DNA of 64,000 bases, taken from an uncultured Verrucomicrobiae bacterium (GTDB lineage: Bacteria; Verrucomicrobiota; Verrucomicrobiia; Chthoniobacterales; Chthoniobacteraceae). A model generated the notes under the pieces. That model worked only from the letters and a program-made list of their open reading frames with translations, ran no database searches and was not told the DNA's origin. The position numbers and the translations under genes were made by a program. This document shows, in pieces, positions 59,130-64,000 of the stretch (positions are counted from its first letter, which is position 1; each line of letters starts with the position of its first letter). The stretch spans positions 224,001-288,000 of the forward strand of contig CAWHEP010000009.1 of the NCBI GenBank assembly GCA_963828525.1. Reading direction: 5' to 3'.

Positions 59130-60582
59130 CCTTCCCGAGCCGCGAATCTTCATCCTGCTGGGCATCCCTTTCCACGATGTGACGATGCAGGAAACCCTGG
59201 ACCACATCGATGGGATGATCGAAGCGGGCAAGCCGGCCTATCTGGCCACGGCAAATCTGGATTTCGCGGCGCAGGCAAGCCGGGACGTGGAGCTGCAGCG
59301 CATCCTGTTCGATTCCGAGCTGGTTTTGTGCGACGGCACCCCGCTTGTGTGGGCCTCGCGCTGGCTGGACGCGCCATTACGCGAACGGGTGGCGGGGTCT
59401 GATCTCATGCCCTTTTTGTTCGCGCATGCCGCCAAGAAAGGGCACCGCCTCTATTTCCTGGGATCATCCGAGGAAGTGCTCGCAGCGTCTGTTGAAAAGT
59501 GCCAGGAGCGCTATCCCGGGATACAGATTTGTGGCACGTATTCGCCGCCACACGCCAAATTGCTGGACATCGATGACGAAGACATACTGAGGCGCGTTCG
59601 CGAAGCGTCACCAGACATCCTCCTGGTGGCAATGGGATGTCCAAAGCAGGAAAAGTGGATTTACCGCCACTATAAAAGCCTGGGTGTGCCCGCGATAATA
59701 GGCATCGGCGCGAGCCTTGATTTCATTGCGGGGAAATTCCGGCGCGCCCCCGTGTGGATGAGGGTGGCCGGCCTCGAATGGGTGTTCCGGCTTATTCAGG
59801 AGCCGAGGCGCCTCTTTAGCCGATACTATTTCGACCTCTTGTTTTTTGTTCGCACGCTGCATAAGCAGAAAAGGCTGCTGAAACAAACAGGGACGGAAAT
59901 GCTCCCCTCTGAAAAGGTGGAGCCCTCCTCCTGGCGGACGGTCGCGCGCCACCGTTGGGCGGGCCGGATCGACGCGGCGGCAATTGAGGCAGAGGCCGTC
60001 CAGGCTGTCACGCCCGCGCCGGGTAGCCCAAATGTTGTGGTCGATTGCTCGGAAGTGACATTCATCGACAGCACAGGCCTGGGACTTTTCATCAAAAGTT
60101 TCCGGCGCTGCAAGCAAGAGGGGGGAGCGTTCGTCGTTTTCTCCCCCAGCAAAGCAGTCGCCGACATGCTCACGGTGATGCATCTGGACCGCCTGATTCC
60201 AATCGCCAAAAGCGAGAAGGAGATCGAATCAATCATCAAAGAGGGGGCGCCTGTCACTCTGGAGAAACTCCAGCCACCTGACGCGCAAGGATCCATGACC
60301 CTGCCTCTCGCGGGCGAAATCACGGCTGCGACTGTCTCAAGCTGCGAAAAATTCCTGCGGGATGCCTTGAACGGGTCAGGCGAAGCCAGCCACCTGACGC
60401 TTGATCTAAGCAAGGTGTCATTTATCGACAGCTCCGGACTGGGTTTTCTTATCAAAGCTCTCAAGCTCGTAAGACAGCGCCCCGGGGCTACGCTGACCAT
60501 TGGCAACCCTTCCCCGAATGTGGTGAACGTCATTCAGTTGGCCAACCTTGGCGGCGTTTTTGGCCTTCCCACAGCCCCATGA
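59122..60582 (+). CDS. WecB/TagA/CpsF family glycosyltransferase fused to two STAS (anti-sigma antagonist) domains
   Basis: TANLDF, CDGTP, ERVAGSDL, MGCPKQEKW, RAPVWM...LEWVFRLIQEPRRL, then DCSEVTFIDSTGLG and DLSKVSFIDSSGLG. Confidence 0.93.
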   Translation: MLSLPEPRIFILLGIPFHDVTMQETLDHIDGMIEAGKPAYLATANLDFAAQASRDVELQRILFDSELVLCDGTPLVWASRWLDAPLRERVAGSDLMPFLFAHAAKKGHRLYFLGSSEEVLAASVEKCQERYPGIQICGTYSPPHAKLLDIDDEDILRRVREASPDILLVAMGCPKQEKWIYRHYKSLGVPAIIGIGASLDFIAGKFRRAPVWMRVAGLEWVFRLIQEPRRLFSRYYFDLLFFVRTLHKQKRLLKQTGTEMLPSEKVEPSSWRTVARHRWAGRIDAAAIEAEAVQAVTPAPGSPNVVVDCSEVTFIDSTGLGLFIKSFRRCKQEGGAFVVFSPSKAVADMLTVMHLDRLIPIAKSEKEIESIIKEGAPVTLEKLQPPDAQGSMTLPLAGEITAATVSSCEKFLRDALNGSGEASHLTLDLSKVSFIDSSGLGFLIKALKLVRQRPGATLTIGNPSPNVVNVIQLANLGGVFGLPTAP

Positions 60583-61736
60583 TCCGTGTCGCTCTCTCGA
60601 CCTCAGTCATCCAGCGCGGAAAATCGGGAGTGGCCAGCTACGTCTTTGGCCTTATCGAGGGGCTGCTTGCAACGGGTGCTCCCTTGCAGCTCTCGCTCAT
60701 CGGATTCTCTGAAGACAAGCCCCTCTTCAATCGCTGGCTCGACAGATGCCAGTGGATTTCTGTAGCTGAAGACTTCAGACCAGCTGTGCGGGACATCCTG
60801 TGGCATGCAACAAAGCTCAGGGGGATCCTGCGCCGGGAGCGCGCGGAGATCCTTCACATACCCAGCTACCGACGAATTGTACCAAAGCCTCCGGTTCCCC
60901 AGGTGGTGACGATTCATGACTGCGCCGCGTTCCGAGTGCGGGGCAAATACGACATCGCCCGGATGATTTATGGGAAACACGTAGTCCGCCAGCTAGCCCG
61001 GCAGGCCGACGTGGTAAGCACCGTGAGCCACTCGACGGCGCGCGACGTAGAACAGTTTTTTGGGATCAAGGAAGCGGACGTGCATGTGATTTGGAATGGA
61101 ATAGATCACGCGGCATTTCACCCCTTTTCGCCAGATGGCATTGCGACTGCGATGAAGCGTCTTGGACAGCAGCGACCCTATTTCATCTACCTCGCGCGAC
61201 TTGAACATCCCGCAAAGAACCATGTCCGCCTGATCGAAGCCTTCGAGGCGTTTTGCGCGCGCAATCCTGATTGCGCGGAGGAATTGCTGTTTGGAGGGGC
61301 CGACTGGCACGGCGCTGAAGTCGTGCATGCCCGCATCGCGTCTTCGTCCCACAAAGACCGCATACGCTGCCTTGGCTTTATCCCAAAAGACGACCTGGGC
61401 TTCTGGTATGCCGGGGCCACGGCGATGGTTTATCCTTCGCTTTTTGAGGGATTTGGATTGCCCCCTGTTGAGGCGATGGCATGTGGCTGCCCCGTGATCT
61501 GCTCCGCGGCCGGATCCCTTGGCGAAGTCGCTGGCGACGCGGCCTATGTCATTGATCCTTTGGCTCCCGAGACGCTGACTGCCGCGATGGAGAGTGTGGC
61601 GCTGCAACCGGGCAAGGCTGACGCTTGGAGAAAGGCGGGAATCGCGCAGGCTGCGAAGTTCACGTGGGCCGCAGCCGCGTCTTCCATGTATAAACTGTAT
61701 GAAGGCGCCAGATCCGCGCGCATGGCATCGCAATGA
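60579..61736 (+). CDS. Glycosyltransferase family 4 (WbdM/MtfA-like)
   Basis: [35 protein letters not shown]. Confidence 0.93.
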   Translation: MIRVALSTSVIQRGKSGVASYVFGLIEGLLATGAPLQLSLIGFSEDKPLFNRWLDRCQWISVAEDFRPAVRDILWHATKLRGILRRERAEILHIPSYRRIVPKPPVPQVVTIHDCAAFRVRGKYDIARMIYGKHVVRQLARQADVVSTVSHSTARDVEQFFGIKEADVHVIWNGIDHAAFHPFSPDGIATAMKRLGQQRPYFIYLARLEHPAKNHVRLIEAFEAFCARNPDCAEELLFGGADWHGAEVVHARIASSSHKDRIRCLGFIPKDDLGFWYAGATAMVYPSLFEGFGLPPVEAMACGCPVICSAAGSLGEVAGDAAYVIDPLAPETLTAAMESVALQPGKADAWRKAGIAQAAKFTWAAAASSMYKLYEGARSARMASQ

Positions 61737-63623
61737 GCGGACTTCCCACGACAACTCCCGCGCTTGTAGAGGTCCCTGTGGAGACCGGCCTGCCGATTGA
61801 TCCGATGCGTCTCCTCGCAGGAATATGGAAGAGGAAGTTTTGGCTGCTAGTGGCCATGCTGGTGGGAACGGGCCTCGGCTTCGGGTTCGCCATTTACTCC
61901 GCAAAAACCCGATACATGGCGACCGTGCAACTCATCAAGCGCGAACTCCCGTCCTCCTTCAGGGTAGGCGAGATTGGCGAAGCGTTCCGCCCTCACCAGT
62001 TATCGGGAGGAACATTGGTGGGCGCGGCGAGTTCGTCCACGGTTCTTGAACAAGTCTCCCTTAAGACAGGCATCGCAGAAGCCGCTTTGGAGAGAGCGGT
62101 GGAAGTCGCCGAACAGCGCAATACAGAGTTCGTGTTTCTAACCATCACCGGGCAAAAAAGCGCGGTGGACACGGCGAACCTGGCGAACATCTGGGCCGTC
62201 GAAGTTGTAAACTTCACCCGCGAGCTGCAAAGCCAGGAGAGCAGGGAAACCCGTCAGTTCTTACAGACCCAGGTCGATTCGACGGATGTCGAGCTTCGGA
62301 AGGTAAACGATGAGATCCTTGAGTTCACCAAACGGGAAGATCTGGTTGACGCGGACAAGCAGATCACTGACTACCTGCGGACTTTAAGCGAGATAGATTT
62401 GAAGTACGAGACAGCCCGCATCGCGCTTGATACCATCGCGTTTAAAATCAAGGGCGTTGAAACCGAGTTGCACCGGCAGAGCCCGCTGGCCGAAAAGATG
62501 CGGATCGCGCAGTCGGAGCTGGAAGAACTGCGTTCGCAATACACCGACAAAAATCCGATTGTCGTGGAGAAACTCGAGAAGGTGAAGGGGCTCGCCGCGC
62601 AGATGCTAGCAGCGGCTGAAAACAAGGCAGCCGACCCATCCAGTTTTGCCGGAACGTTCCTTGGTAACACGCTGTATCTCGACCTGGTGCAATATCAGAA
62701 CGAACAGAAAGCTCTCAAGCAGGAGATGGACGCATACGACAGGCTGCGGAGCCTCCAACGCACGAAGCTAAACTCCATCCCCGAGAAGGCCGCGGAGTTC
62801 GCGCAATTAGGACTGCGAAAGCAATCCTTAGGGGTTGCCCGGGGGCTTTTGTTCAGCCGGCTGCGGGAAGCTCAGTTGTTCGAAGAGAACGCCCCTGGAT
62901 ATTACCGGATATTTACACAAGCCACTCCAGAGGCGGTCGTTAAGAAAAGCAGGATGTTAAAGACCGTTCTCTTCACCGTAGCCGGGGGCATTGTGTTCGC
63001 GGGTTTGGGGTTGGTTGTGGCACTTTCATGCGAGGTGCTTGATCCAAAGCTTCGCACAGGTTCAGAGGCAGCGAAGGCCATGCGATCCCCGCTGCTCGCC
63101 TCCATTCCCAGGGAGGGAGCGAGCGTCACCCTGGGTTCCGAACTTTGGTCGCGGTGGATCGGCTCGGGAAGAAGCAACCGCCTTCCGCGGATCATATGGT
63201 CCCCGAACCCGGGCGAGACGGAGCGCGTTTTTTGGGACACGCTGTTCGAGCGGGCGTCCAGCCTCTTGCCGGCTTTGAGGGTGATTAACTGCGGATCGGA
63301 TCCTCTTCCCGCGAGTCCTTCCATGAAAGTGAGGATCGAGCCTGTGGAAACCAGCCATGTATTCCATCGCCGAAGCAAACGACCTTGGGTTGCAACTTCG
63401 CGAAGCCTGTAAAAAGGGCGAGGAGATATGGATCCGACTTGCTGGGCCGATTCACGAACCTCTCACAACCATCGCCCGGTGCGGGCTGCCTGCTTTGATC
63501 CTGGTGGGCCTAAGCGAATCGAACACGGACTTTTGGAAAAAACAGGGCGATTTACTCGGGAAGACCGTCGGAACACCCGCAGGTGTTGTTACGATCGGCG
63601 ATACACCCTGGCGGAGACACTGA
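61733..63623 (+). CDS. Wzz/GumC-like polysaccharide co-polymerase with a degenerate C-terminal kinase domain (frameshift near 63355)
   Basis: Two TM helices flanking a long coiled coil, YTDKNPIV, LDPKLRT...PLLASIP. No GKS/T motif and no Tyr cluster. Confidence 0.82.
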
Positions 63624-64000
63624 TGAATACGGTCATCAAGCTGGTATTCGCGGCGCTTTGCATCTGCGCAGTCTCCGGAAGGGCGGGGGAAAAGCAGCAG
63701 GCGAACTGGACGCAGCGGTACTGCCTGGGCCCGGAAGACATTTTGAACCTTTCGCTGTATGGACATCCTGAGTTGGACCGAAACGAGATGTTTGTTCAGC
63801 CGGATGGAACAATCAGCTTTCTACAGGCACAAAATGTAAAAGCCGCCGGGCTCACAATCGATGAGTTGCGCGCCGAGATTGAGACCAAGCTATCGGAATT
63901 TTTCAAGCAACCCCGGATGATGATCTCGCCCGTCGAGTTGCGCAGCAAACGCTACTTTCTTATGGGGAAGGTCGTCGACAAAGGATCGTTCCCCATGGAT
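63623..64000 (+). CDS. Polysaccharide export protein (Wza-like), partial; runs off the window
   Basis: Hand translation: MNTVIKLVFAALCIC...RYCLGPEDILNLSLYGHPEL...VQPDGTISF...AAGLTIDELR...YFLMGKVVDKGSF. Confidence 0.88.
   Translation, partial: MNTVIKLVFAALCICAVSGRAGEKQQANWTQRYCLGPEDILNLSLYGHPELDRNEMFVQPDGTISFLQAQNVKAAGLTIDELRAEIETKLSEFFKQPRMMISPVELRSKRYFLMGKVVDKGSFPMD

Noticed and set aside
52241..63623. Programmed frameshifting in the kinase, exosortase, glycosyltransferase and co-polymerase genes
   Set aside because: The shifts are scattered over unrelated genes with no shared slippery motif; sequencing error is the simpler explanation.

Overview
Bacterial chromosomal window, most likely Verrucomicrobiota (Chthoniobacterales-like); this is inferred from gene content, not from a search. 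From left to right it contains: (1) a beta-CASP/MBL exonuclease fused to an ATP-dependent DNA ligase; (2) hopanoid-associated hpnI/hpnA/hpnK-like genes, glgP and a marR-tolC-pgeF unit; (3) a UBact/20S proteasome locus, with a 58-aa ubiquitin-like UBact gene (absent from the ORF track) coupled to prcB and prcA, followed by cell-wall genes, with a PafA-type ligase nearby but no Dop or ARC ATPase in the window; (4) a ~4.6 kb decayed conjugative element (relaxase stub, oriT-like hairpins, coupling-protein fragment, ClpB-D2-only ATPase, pilin stub) that keeps an intact AbiE type IV toxin-antitoxin pair; (5) a ~20 kb Wzx/Wzy exopolysaccharide locus ending in two paralogous secreted glycoside hydrolases, one apparently catalytically dead; (6) a BrnT/BrnA-type TA pair, xylB, an Rrf2 regulator, a peroxiredoxin and acnA; (7) an exosortase/EpsI/hybrid-kinase operon divergent from a second polysaccharide locus that includes a WecB/TagA glycosyltransferase fused to two STAS domains. 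Many genes at 2.8-5.8 kb and 52-64 kb carry single-base frameshifts, probably sequencing or assembly errors. I saw no rRNA, tRNA or CRISPR array.
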